From the NCBI GenBank assembly GCA_044344255.1, contig JBIJDH010000009.1, positions 1 to 64,000 on the forward strand: a stretch of DNA of 64,000 bases. Reading direction: 5' to 3'. This document shows positions 1-9,078 of this stretch, one piece after another; position 1 is the stretch's first letter, and each line of letters begins with the position of its first letter. Made by a program: the position numbers and the translations under genes. A model generated the notes under the pieces. The model was not told the origin of the DNA. It saw nothing but the letters and a program-made list of their open reading frames with translations, and did no database searches. Source of the stretch: Myxococcota bacterium (GTDB lineage Bacteria; Myxococcota_A; UBA796; UBA2385).

Positions 1-447
1 AGCCTGGACTGGGCCGACTTCCAGGCCCTGCCCGTCCAGGAGGTGATCCGGGACCTCCATTGTGTGACCACCTGGTCCCGCTACGACAACCGCTGGGCCG
101 GGGTCCGGGTGCAGGAGCTGCTCCAGCGGGCTCGCCCGAAGGCGGCAGCCCGCTACGCCCTCCTCCACAGCTACGACAGCGTCGGATACACGACAAACCT
201 CTCGCTCGAAGATCTCGACCAGCCCGACAACCTCGTCGCCACCCACCACGACGGCGAGCCGCTCTCCCGGGCGCACGGGGGGCCCGTGCGGATGGTCGTC
301 CATCACCTCTACGCGTGGAAGAGCGCCAAGTGGCTCTCCGGCATCGAGCTCCTCGCCGAGGATCGGCGCGGCTACTGGGAGGAGCGGGGCTATCACAACC
401 GCGGCGAGCCCTGGGCGGAGGAGCGTTACGCCTACGACGAGGGCTGA
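1..447 (+). CDS. Sulfite oxidase-family molybdopterin-dependent oxidoreductase (MsrP/YuiH-like), 5' partial
   Basis: Frame open from base 1; motifs DLHCVTTWS, HGGPVR, YAWKSAKWL, GYWEERGYH typical of the Oxidored_molyb family. Confidence 0.85.
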   Translation, partial: SLDWADFQALPVQEVIRDLHCVTTWSRYDNRWAGVRVQELLQRARPKAAARYALLHSYDSVGYTTNLSLEDLDQPDNLVATHHDGEPLSRAHGGPVRMVVHHLYAWKSAKWLSGIELLAEDRRGYWEERGYHNRGEPWAEERYAYDEG

Positions 448-477
448 TCACCGCCCCGGCCTACCCCCGGAGCGCGC

Positions 478-1077
478 TCACTCCTCGGGGAGCAACAAGG
501 CGAAGCGGCTCGGCCGCCAGGTGTCTGCAGCGCCCACCCAGGCTCGCGCCACCCCCTCGATCGCCGACTCCGGCACCGGGCCCCAGAAGCGGGAGTCGAG
601 CGCGCCGTCTCGCGAGTCGGCGAGGAGGTACCAGTGCCCCTCGGGGACCGTCACCTTGCCGGGCTGCTTCCAGGGGGCCCTCAGGCTCGGTCGAAAGCGG
701 GGGAGGAACTTGTTGGCGCGGGCCGGCGGGCGGCTCCAGATCGTCTCCTCGACCACCTTCCAGCCCGCCACGTCGCCCATGTCGCTCTGGCGGACCCGCT
801 TGCCGTTGATCCGCAGCGTGGCGTCCTCCCAGCTCACAGACTCTCCCGCCGCGGCCACGGCCCGCCGAAGCACGACGCGGGCGGGGTCCAAGGGGTCGAT
901 CACCGCGACCACGTCCGCCTTCCGCACCCGATCGGGCACGATCCAGACGTGCTCGCCCGGCTGCAGGGTCCAGGCCATGTCGCTGCCCTCCACCCGCCGC
1001 AGCGGCACCAAAACCGCGACAACGATGAGGCCGAGCAGGCCCAGCAAGGTGAGGCCGATCCAACGGAGGCGGTTCAT
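478..1077 (-). CDS. Signal peptidase I (S26)-like membrane protein with substituted catalytic residues
   Basis: N-terminal TM helix; box-like segments VEGSDMAWTL, VVLRRAVAAAGESV, VPEGHWYLLADSRDGALDSRFWGPVP. Confidence 0.8.
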   Translation of the reverse strand: MNRLRWIGLTLLGLLGLIVVAVLVPLRRVEGSDMAWTLQPGEHVWIVPDRVRKADVVAVIDPLDPARVVLRRAVAAAGESVSWEDATLRINGKRVRQSDMGDVAGWKVVEETIWSRPPARANKFLPRFRPSLRAPWKQPGKVTVPEGHWYLLADSRDGALDSRFWGPVPESAIEGVARAWVGAADTWRPSRFALLLPEE

Positions 1078-1156
1078 CTGGACTCTCTTGAGCTCGGAGC
1101 CCTATCCGATCGTCACCTGGAGGGTGGATGTTATGGCCCGCCCGGGAGGCTCCTCC

Positions 1157-1909
1157 ATGCGGCTCGCGGCCATCCAGTACCGTCCACCGAAGGGGGCGCC
1201 CGAGCGGGCGCGGGTGGAGCTCCAAGCGCTGATCCGCGAGGCGGGCCGCGCTGGGGCTGATCTCATCGTCTGTCCGGAGATGGCCACCACGGGCTACGTC
1301 TGGAGCTCGCCCGCCGAGATCGGGCCCCACACCGAGCCTGCGCGCGGCCCCACCTTCCAGATGCTGGCCGCCTCGGCGCGCGAGGTGAAGAGCTGGATCG
1401 TCTGCGGCTTCGCGGAGCGCTTCGCCTGGCCAGCCGCACAGAAGGCCGGGGCGCCCACCCGCTGGACCCTCTACAATTCAGCGCTGGTCGTCAATCCGGA
1501 GGGGCAGCTCGTCACCTGCTACCGCAAGGTGCTGCTCTACTCGGCGGACACGACCTGGGCGAACCCCGGCTGGCGTCGCTCGGTCACCCCGACCCACTTC
1601 GGCACGATGTCCACCGGCATTTGTATGGACATCAACGATGACGGCTTCACCGACTTCCTGCGCGAAGTGAACCCGGATGTCGTGGCCTTCTGTACAAATT
1701 GGGTGTCCGAGGGCCTCGACGTCGCCGCCTACTGGCGGGAGCGCCTGCAGGGCTGGAGCGGCTGGTTCGTCGCTGGCAACACCTGGGGAGAGGACCGCGG
1801 CACCCGCTTCAGCGGCCGCAGCGCCATCCTCGGCCCAGACGGCCAAACCAGGGCCGAGCTCGGCCCCGAGGGCGACGGTCTCCTCCTGTTCGACACCCTG
1901 ACCGGTTGA
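1157..1909 (+). CDS. Carbon-nitrogen hydrolase (nitrilase superfamily amidase)
   Basis: E-K-C triad motifs CPEM, YRK, GICMD; GGAGG upstream of ATG 1157. Confidence 0.85.
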   Translation: MRLAAIQYRPPKGAPERARVELQALIREAGRAGADLIVCPEMATTGYVWSSPAEIGPHTEPARGPTFQMLAASAREVKSWIVCGFAERFAWPAAQKAGAPTRWTLYNSALVVNPEGQLVTCYRKVLLYSADTTWANPGWRRSVTPTHFGTMSTGICMDINDDGFTDFLREVNPDVVAFCTNWVSEGLDVAAYWRERLQGWSGWFVAGNTWGEDRGTRFSGRSAILGPDGQTRAELGPEGDGLLLFDTLTG

Positions 1910-1931
1910 CGCACGGCGCGGGAGCCTTCGA

Positions 1932-2969
1932 TTGTTCAAACAGACCCCTCGCGCCGAAGACCCCCTGCGGTGGCGGCGGCGCCTGCTCAGCCTGCCTGCG
2001 ATGGGCCTGGGAGCGACCCTCTGGCTGTCGCTGCTCCCGATCTGGCTGCCCCTGTGCTGCGTCGTTGACATGCTCGGGGCGCGGCGCTTCGCCCTCAGCC
2101 GCGCCGGCCTCTTCCTCGCCTGGCTGCTCCATTGGGAGCTGCGCGGCCTCGCCGTGGCGGCCACGACCGGCCTCCGCCGTCGGCTCGGCTGGCCGGAGGC
2201 GCGCTACCTCCGCGCCCAGCACCGCCTCCAGCACCGCTACGCGCGCTCGTTGTGGTGGGCGTTGGAGCGCCTCTTCGGCATGCGGCTGGTCATCGAGGGG
2301 AGCGAGGCACTGGCGGCTCAGGGGCCCACGTTGGCCTTCTTCCGCCACCTGAGCACGGCCGACACCATCCTGCCGATGGTGGCCTGGGGGGCGCCGCAGC
2401 AGGTCTGGTCCCGCTACATCCTCAAGGCCGAGCTCGCCTGGGACCCGCTGCTCGACATCATCGGCCACCGCCTCGGGGTGGCCTTCGTGGCCCGCGGCGC
2501 CGAAGATGACCTCCAGCGCGTGGCCCGCCTCACCGAAGACCTCGGCGCCCACGACGCGGTCGTCCTCTTCCCCGAGGGCACCCGCTTCACCACGGACCGT
2601 CGAGCGGCCCTGCTCCGCCGGCTCCGCGCCGAGGGGCGGGAGGCCCTGGTCCAGCGGGTCGAGCGATACCGACACACGCTTCCCCCCCGAGAGGGCGGCG
2701 CCACCCTCCTCTTCGAGGGGGCGCCCGCCGCCGATGTCCTGCTCGCCGGCCACGTCGGCCTCGAGGGGGTCACCCACCTCACGAGCCTGCTCAACGGGAG
2801 GCTGATCGACCGCGAGGTCCGCCTCCGCTTCTGGCGATGGTCCGCCGGGGAGCTCCCGACGGGCGGACCGGCTCGGTACGCCTGGCTGCTCGACCAGTGG
2901 GAGACGCTCGATCGCTGGGTGGGCGATCAGACCGCCTCCGCGCGCTCCGGCCCTCCCGGCGGAGGCTGA
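1932..2969 (+). CDS. PlsC-like phospholipid/glycerol acyltransferase
   Basis: HLSTAD (HX4D), LKAEL, FPEGTR motifs; hydrophobic N-terminus. Confidence 0.8.
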   Translation: MFKQTPRAEDPLRWRRRLLSLPAMGLGATLWLSLLPIWLPLCCVVDMLGARRFALSRAGLFLAWLLHWELRGLAVAATTGLRRRLGWPEARYLRAQHRLQHRYARSLWWALERLFGMRLVIEGSEALAAQGPTLAFFRHLSTADTILPMVAWGAPQQVWSRYILKAELAWDPLLDIIGHRLGVAFVARGAEDDLQRVARLTEDLGAHDAVVLFPEGTRFTTDRRAALLRRLRAEGREALVQRVERYRHTLPPREGGATLLFEGAPAADVLLAGHVGLEGVTHLTSLLNGRLIDREVRLRFWRWSAGELPTGGPARYAWLLDQWETLDRWVGDQTASARSGPPGGG

Positions 2970-3949
2970 GGCGGGCCCCAGATCGCCGGCTCGAGCCCCG
3001 ACCAGCGATGCAAGGCGGCCCACAGCGCGGCGCGGTCGCCCTCGCCCTCGCGGGTGTCGCGCAGGACACCCGCGGGGCCCGAGAGGTGAGGGGAGACCGC
3101 CTCCCGATCGAACCAGAAGCGCCCCCCCTGCCCGCGGAGCCTCCGGGCGATCGCGAGCCAGATCACCGTGTCCGCCCCCTCGGCCGGGCTGCGCAGGATC
3201 GCGCGGGTGAGCCGGTGAAAGGTGGGGATCGAGGTCGCGACCGCGGGGGTGTCGGCCCAGCCGGGGTGCATGGTGTAGACGTCGATGCCCCGCGGCCCGA
3301 GCTGGGCCTGCCAGAGCTCCCCGAGCACCACCTGGGCTCGCTTGGTGCGCGCGTAGGCCTTCACGCCATCGAAGGGGCTGTCCTCGTTGGATAGCCGCGC
3401 CACGTCAAGCTTCTCGGCGTACATGCCCCCGCTCGACACGAGGATCACCCGCGCCTCGCCGGCGGCCCGCAGGGCCGGCAGCAGCAGGGCGGTGAGGAGG
3501 AAAGGGCCGACGAGGTTCGTGGCCAGCGTGCTCTCGAGCCCCTCGGCCGTGCGGCTGAGCTGGTCGGGGAGCACCCCGGCGTTGTGGATGAGGAGGTGGA
3601 CGGGGGAGGGGAGCGACGCCGCCGCGGCCCCCACCGAGGCCAGGCTCGCCACGTCCACGACGCAGAGGTGGAGGCGGGCGGCCGGCTGCTCCGCGCGGAG
3701 GCGGCCCACCGCGGCCTCCCCCCGCTCCCGGCTGCGGCAGAGCAGCCAGACCTCGGCGCCCCGGCGGGCGAGCGCGCGGGCGGTCTCAAACCCGATCCCG
3801 GAGTTGGCCCCGGTGACGAGTGCGGTCTGGCCGCTCAGATCGACGGAGAGCTCCGCGGGATCGAAGCGAGCGCTGTGGCGGCGGAAGCCGCTCCGGTCGA
3901 AGGAGAGGATGACGGTCTGATCGAGGAGGCGGTCGGTCCAGCGGGTCAT
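2927..3949 (-). CDS. Short-chain dehydrogenase/reductase (DHRS12-like)
   Basis: TGANSGIG, HNAG, SSGG, YARTK, MHPGWADTP. Confidence 0.9.
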   Translation of the reverse strand: MTRWTDRLLDQTVILSFDRSGFRRHSARFDPAELSVDLSGQTALVTGANSGIGFETARALARRGAEVWLLCRSRERGEAAVGRLRAEQPAARLHLCVVDVASLASVGAAAASLPSPVHLLIHNAGVLPDQLSRTAEGLESTLATNLVGPFLLTALLLPALRAAGEARVILVSSGGMYAEKLDVARLSNEDSPFDGVKAYARTKRAQVVLGELWQAQLGPRGIDVYTMHPGWADTPAVATSIPTFHRLTRAILRSPAEGADTVIWLAIARRLRGQGGRFWFDREAVSPHLSGPAGVLRDTREGEGDRAALWAALHRWSGLEPAIWGPPQPPPGGPERAEAV

Positions 3950-3976
3950 GGCCCGCCCTAACGCAGGCGCCGGGCC

Positions 3977-5701
3977 TCAGTCGCCGGCGAAGCCCCAGAC
4001 GCCGGCGTCCACCCGCCCCGTGACCGCGCCGCCGACCGAGGTGTCCGCGCTGTCGAAGGTGAGGCTGCCGTCGAGGTAGGCGGCGAAGACGAACTCACCG
4101 GCGCCGGGCGAGATGGTGTAGAGCGCGGCCGTGGCGGGGCTCCAGTCGAGGGGCACGACGCCCGGCTGAACCTGCGACGTGGCGAGCTGCACATAGGGCG
4201 CGACGATGGTGCCGTCGTCGAGGCTGCCCGTGAGCATCAGCACCGCGACGCCGCCGCCGGCGTCTCCCACCACGGCCGAGCCCTCCGCGAGGGGGTAGGT
4301 GACGTCCAGGTAGTCGAGCACGACGTCGCTCTCGCCGTAGGTGAACAGATCACGGTCAGGGTAGCTGCCCCAGGTGGTGGAGAAGGTGCCCTCGACGGTC
4401 CCCACGAGGCTGAGGCAGGTGGAGGCGCCCGGCTCGGTGAGCGAGGGTGAGCGGTCGTCCCACTCGCGAGACACGTCGGCGAGCCGACCGGCGATCACCG
4501 ACTTCATCGCGGTCAGGCTCCTCTTCCAGCCTCGCTCCTCGCCGAGAAAGGGGTCAAGCACGCCCGCCATGCGGTCGACCTCGGCCTGAAGCGCCTCGGC
4601 GTCCCAGGAGGACGAGGCCACCGCCTGCAGCCGATCGCGGTACGCCTCGAGCCCCGCCTCGGTCGAGGCCACCCGATAGGGCATCCAGGCGTTGGCGACG
4701 ATCCACTGCGGCTGCCCATCCCCGAAGGGGGCGCTGGAGTCGAAGGTGGCGTCGGGCCCCCAGGGGATGAAGGTCAGACGCCCATCGGAGGGGCGGAGGT
4801 ACACATAGAAGTTGTTCCGGTTGCTGTCGTAGCTGTCCCAGTGGCCGGTCAGCACCTCTACGGCCCAGTAGGTCATCCACTGATCCAGGTCGACCACCTG
4901 GGCGAGGGCCTCCATCCGCTCACCCTCTCCGAGGGAGAGGGCCTCTACTATGGGCTCCAGGTGGGCCTGATCGCTGGTGTCCGTCTCTTCGTCGAAGGTG
5001 CCGATCCACCCACCACGGAGGTCGGAGAGGGTGCCCTCGAAGAGCTCGCCTGCATGATCACCGGTGGCGCGGTCGAGGAAGCGCTCGTCCACCGTCTCGA
5101 CGTTGGCGTAGATGCCGAGGTCTTCATCGTTCACGGTCACGTGTACGAAGGAGCAGAGCGGCGCCGCCACGCCAGCGTCCCGGAACACCTGGTAGGCGAG
5201 GCAGGTCCGCATCATCGTCGGATCTTGCGGGGTGTTGTTCAGCGTGAGCTTGTCCCGCCCTCGGAAGCTCTGCCCCTCCACCCGCCCATCGAGCTTGACC
5301 TTCAGGCCCGGCTTCGTCGTGGACTGGGAGCCCATGAGGCCCTTCTTGCGCAGCTCGACCTCTTCGAAGCGCTCACCGTCTACCGTGAGCGAGGCCGGGT
5401 AGTATTCGTAGGGGCTGTCGAAGGGCTGAGCGAGGCAGTCGCCCTTCAGCATCTCGAAGATGTCGCGGGAGGTGTTGCGGAGCGTGTCCCAGTCGGCCGG
5501 ATCGAGGGTGAGCTCGACCTCCATCACCCGGTCCTGCGGGAAGAGGGGGTCGTCGGCGATGGGCGAGGGTGCTCCCGTCTCTACAGGGAGGGGATCGCCA
5601 CCGTCTCCAGGCGCAGATCCCGCCTTGTCACCCGTCGCGTCGGCGCGGCAGGCGATGAGGAGCGCGAGCAGCCCGGGCCAGCCGACGATGAGCGGACGCA
5701 T
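3977..5701 (-). CDS. CotH kinase-family lipoprotein
   Basis: Lipoprotein-like signal (LLIAC); RKKG, LTLNN, GIYANVE, HWDSY..NNFYVY, IPWGPD motifs. Confidence 0.8.
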   Translation of the reverse strand: MRPLIVGWPGLLALLIACRADATGDKAGSAPGDGGDPLPVETGAPSPIADDPLFPQDRVMEVELTLDPADWDTLRNTSRDIFEMLKGDCLAQPFDSPYEYYPASLTVDGERFEEVELRKKGLMGSQSTTKPGLKVKLDGRVEGQSFRGRDKLTLNNTPQDPTMMRTCLAYQVFRDAGVAAPLCSFVHVTVNDEDLGIYANVETVDERFLDRATGDHAGELFEGTLSDLRGGWIGTFDEETDTSDQAHLEPIVEALSLGEGERMEALAQVVDLDQWMTYWAVEVLTGHWDSYDSNRNNFYVYLRPSDGRLTFIPWGPDATFDSSAPFGDGQPQWIVANAWMPYRVASTEAGLEAYRDRLQAVASSSWDAEALQAEVDRMAGVLDPFLGEERGWKRSLTAMKSVIAGRLADVSREWDDRSPSLTEPGASTCLSLVGTVEGTFSTTWGSYPDRDLFTYGESDVVLDYLDVTYPLAEGSAVVGDAGGGVAVLMLTGSLDDGTIVAPYVQLATSQVQPGVVPLDWSPATAALYTISPGAGEFVFAAYLDGSLTFDSADTSVGGAVTGRVDAGVWGFAGD

Positions 5702-8385
5702 CAGAAGTCCACGACAGAGGGATCATCTCCGAGCGGGCGAGGCGGCAGCAAGACGCGAGCCCCCGGCTCGTAGATCTCTACATAACGGGCATAATTTCCC
5801 GTCACCCGCTTCACGTAGTCCCGCGTCTCGTCGTACTCGATCATCTCCACCATCTGGTCGGTCTCGATCTTGCCCACCGAGGAGCGATACCAGCGGGACA
5901 TGTTGTGCGGCCCGCCGTTGTAGGAGGCGACCGCGAAGGGGAAGACGCCATCGAAGCGCTCGAGCAGCTTGCCGAAGTAGAAGATGCCGTAGCGGAGGTT
6001 GGTGACCGGATCCTCCAGCTGGCGCGGGGAGTATCGCGGCTCGCCGAGCATCGCGGCGAGCTTTGCGCCGGTGCCCGGCATCACCTGGATGAGGCCGATG
6101 GCCCCGACGGGAGAGAGGGCGGCGTTCTGGTAGGTGCTCTCCTGGCGCATCAGGCCGAGCATGAGGAAGGGGTCCACGCCGTACCGGCGGGCGTTGGCCC
6201 AGAGCTCGTCCCCCTTGACGATCGGCCAGGCCAGCTTCATCCCGGCGAGGCGGACCTGCTCGTCCGCGGAGCCCTTCCAGACGCCGGAGCAGGTTCGCAC
6301 CGCGTCGTAGTGGTCGCGGGTGTGCAGCACGAAGGGCCGCCAATCGAGCGCGCTGATCTTCAAGCCGACCATGCGCTGCTGGCGGGCGTCGCCCCCGCCG
6401 CGCCGCTTCGCCTCCTGCCACTCCTGGATCGCGTCATAGACGATGCGCCCCGACTCGGTGTACAGACCGGCGGTGGCGAGGTCGTGGGCGGCGGGCATCT
6501 CGGGCCAGATGTCGGCCACGTTGTCTGCGAAGGCGATGAACTGAGCCGCCGCCTGCCGAGGGTCGTACCAGGAGCAGGTCGCGTAACCATCCGGGATCGG
6601 GACCCGCGACTCCGGGAGGAGGAAGCTCGAATCCGCGGGCTGCACCGCCGGCACGATCTGAACCGTGTGTGTCGCCGCCTGGACGGTGGACCAACGGAGG
6701 GTCGACCAGTCCGCCGGCGCCGGGCGGCTGAGCAGCGCCGCGCCGGGGCGCCCTGGGGCGAGCGTCGGCTGCGCTTCGGACCACAGGCCCACCTTCACGC
6801 GGCCCGTCACCTGGGCCGCGGCCTGCGGGGGGAGGGCGGCCGGCGGGGGGCCGCGCCAGCTGCCGTCGCGGAGCCGCCACGCCGTGTCTTGTTTCGGATC
6901 GAGGGTGGGGTCCTGATCGAGGAGCAGCGTGTACCAGCCCCACTCGTCGGCGGAACGGCAGGCCGCCTGGTCAGCCGCCGCACCGGCGAGGTCTCCGCTG
7001 GCCGCTCGGGCTTTGGCGCGCCAGTAGTAGGCCGCGGGGGCCTGTCCTCCCGCTGACTTGAGCAGGAGCTCCCAGGCCGCGATGGCGCCGGCGTAGTCGC
7101 CGGACTGGTAGGCCGCCAGCCCCTCGAGCAAGCGCCCGTGGCGCCCGAGATCGCCGCCCCGCTTCGCGATGCGACCCCAGCGGTCCCGGGCGGCGGCGTG
7201 TTGCCCCGCGAGGATCGCGGTCCAGGCCAGCTCCTTCTCAGCCGAGCGCCAGCGGCCTTGGCCCGCATGCTTCTCGAGGCCGATGGTGGCCCACTCCCAG
7301 GCCTTGCCCTGCTCCCCCTCATAGGCCCACGCGCGGTAGATGCCCCAGGCGGTGTCGGCGTCCGGCTTCTTGGCGTAGTCCGCCGTCAAGGTAGCGGCGA
7401 GCACGTCGAAGTTGCGGGTGCCTCGGGCCAGCCGCTCTTCGTTCTCCTCCACCCAGCGGGCCACCTCGGGGTCGGACTTCGCGAGCGCGCGAAGCTCCTC
7501 GAACAGCGCCCAGGCCTCCTCCAGCTTCCCGGAGCGCCGCAGCGAATTACATCGGCGCATCTTGGCGTTCTTGTCGGTGGGCAGCACGACAGAGAGCCCT
7601 CGCCGGCCGAGCTCATCGAGGGCCTGCTGCACGGCGAGCTCGGTGGAGGGGTAGTTGTGATCGAGCATCAGGTCAACGAGGAGGGGCAGGCCGGCGGCGG
7701 GGTCGCGGCGGGCAGTGCCGAGGGCGATGCCGAGACGCACCTCCTCCTTTCGGGGCGTCTCCGGGTACTTCTCGAGGTAGGCCCGATACGCACCGGCGGC
7801 AGCGCCAGGGTTTCCGGCCGCGGCGTATGCGTCGCCCATCAGCATCAGGCACTCGTCAAAATGGGCGCCCGTCGGCCAAGCCTTCCGGTAGGCCGCGCAC
7901 ACCCCCGCCGCCGAGGAGGCTCGGCCGCGCTGGAGGTCCATCACGGCCTCGTACCAGGCGGCGTAGGGGGCGATCGGCCCGCCGACCTTCTTGGCCTGGG
8001 TGTAGCCAAAGCTCGCCAGATTCCAGTTTCGGAGCCCCATCTGCGAGGTGCCGTAGAGCAGCCACGCCGCCGCGCGCGCCCGGCCCTTTGGCCCCTTCTT
8101 GCTGTCGAGCCAGGGCCCGAGAACGGTCACCACTCCAGCGAGGTCGCCCTCGAGGTACCGGTCTCGAGCCTGCGCGAGGGGATCGGCGGGCGGCGGGGCG
8201 ACCCTGCCCGGGGCGACCGAGGGCGCTCCGGGCAGCACCATCCCGGGCGAAGCCGGAGCCCGGGCCTCCACCCTCGATGAGAGAGAGAAGGCCAAGAGGA
8301 GGGCTAGCCACCTCGGCCTCCCTCCGCATCGAAGGCGCTCAGCCGATGAGCGCATCCACGACCACCGGACCGACCGTGCTGCCAT
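5701..8385 (-). CDS. Soluble lytic transglycosylase (Slt-like) with TPR repeats; start uncertain
   Basis: C-terminal MRQES, AIGLIQVMP, ASYNGG, ETRDYVKRV; helical TPR-like N-terminal region after a signal peptide. Confidence 0.85.
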   Translation of the reverse strand: MAARSVRWSWMRSSAERLRCGGRPRWLALLLAFSLSSRVEARAPASPGMVLPGAPSVAPGRVAPPPADPLAQARDRYLEGDLAGVVTVLGPWLDSKKGPKGRARAAAWLLYGTSQMGLRNWNLASFGYTQAKKVGGPIAPYAAWYEAVMDLQRGRASSAAGVCAAYRKAWPTGAHFDECLMLMGDAYAAAGNPGAAAGAYRAYLEKYPETPRKEEVRLGIALGTARRDPAAGLPLLVDLMLDHNYPSTELAVQQALDELGRRGLSVVLPTDKNAKMRRCNSLRRSGKLEEAWALFEELRALAKSDPEVARWVEENEERLARGTRNFDVLAATLTADYAKKPDADTAWGIYRAWAYEGEQGKAWEWATIGLEKHAGQGRWRSAEKELAWTAILAGQHAAARDRWGRIAKRGGDLGRHGRLLEGLAAYQSGDYAGAIAAWELLLKSAGGQAPAAYYWRAKARAASGDLAGAAADQAACRSADEWGWYTLLLDQDPTLDPKQDTAWRLRDGSWRGPPPAALPPQAAAQVTGRVKVGLWSEAQPTLAPGRPGAALLSRPAPADWSTLRWSTVQAATHTVQIVPAVQPADSSFLLPESRVPIPDGYATCSWYDPRQAAAQFIAFADNVADIWPEMPAAHDLATAGLYTESGRIVYDAIQEWQEAKRRGGGDARQQRMVGLKISALDWRPFVLHTRDHYDAVRTCSGVWKGSADEQVRLAGMKLAWPIVKGDELWANARRYGVDPFLMLGLMRQESTYQNAALSPVGAIGLIQVMPGTGAKLAAMLGEPRYSPRQLEDPVTNLRYGIFYFGKLLERFDGVFPFAVASYNGGPHNMSRWYRSSVGKIETDQMVEMIEYDETRDYVKRVTGNYARYVEIYEPGARVLLPPRPLGDDPSVVDF

Positions 8386-9013
8386 CGGAGAGCCACACCG
8401 TGATCTGCAGGCCCGCGCCCTGCCCGTCGAGGTGGAGGATCCAGCCCTCCCGGCCGTCCTTCAGGCGAGCGGGGTCTCCCACCTTTCGGCTGGTGCCCGC
8501 GGGGGGAGCGGGGGTGACGATAGGCTCACCGTGCTCAATCCACTCGACGTAGCCCCCGCGGAGGCGCCGCGCGAACTTCCAGCCATTGTCCCGAAGCCAG
8601 AGCGCGAGCTCCCGGGAGCCCTGTTCGCCCGTCTGATCGTAGACCGTCACGCGGGCGGTCTCCTTGTCAACCGGGAGTCGATCAAGGTGCAACTTGACGA
8701 GCGGCCCCGGGAGGAGGTGGGCGCCGGGCAACATGCCGCTCACCACCTCTTCGGGGCGGCGCATGTCGATCAGGAAGGGTGGGGTGCCGCCCACGACCTG
8801 GGCGCTCGTCACCGTGCGACCGACGTCTTCTTTGTGGTTCGGCCCCGGCGTGTCGCCGTCGCCGTCCACCAGCTTCGGGATCTTCGTGGGGTCGAAGGTA
8901 GAGGCGTCCCCCTTGGTGCGGTTCTTGGGGTCACGCGCCTCGGTGTCGAATTCCATGTCGAAGAACTTGATGGCGGCCTTGCGGGCCACGGACTTCAAAC
9001 GGTCGCGGATCAT
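8339..9013 (-). CDS. Rhodanese-like domain protein
   Basis: LIDMRRPEE, GMLPGA, LRGGYVEW; active-site loop reads YDQTG; start at MIRDRLK. Confidence 0.75.
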   Translation of the reverse strand: MIRDRLKSVARKAAIKFFDMEFDTEARDPKNRTKGDASTFDPTKIPKLVDGDGDTPGPNHKEDVGRTVTSAQVVGGTPPFLIDMRRPEEVVSGMLPGAHLLPGPLVKLHLDRLPVDKETARVTVYDQTGEQGSRELALWLRDNGWKFARRLRGGYVEWIEHGEPIVTPAPPAGTSRKVGDPARLKDGREGWILHLDGQGAGLQITVWLSDGSTVGPVVVDALIG

Positions 9014-9078
9014 GTCGGGATCTCCCAGTCCCCTGCTTAGCCGCTCTCGGCCGTTTCGGGCAGGCGGGCCAGCGCGCT

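Noticed and set aside
521..1156. Long N-terminal extensions in the ORF track (also 20776, 30979, 33451, 36948, 43638, 61701)
   Set aside because: They overlap genuine neighbouring genes; downstream starts with RBS or stop/start overlaps fit better
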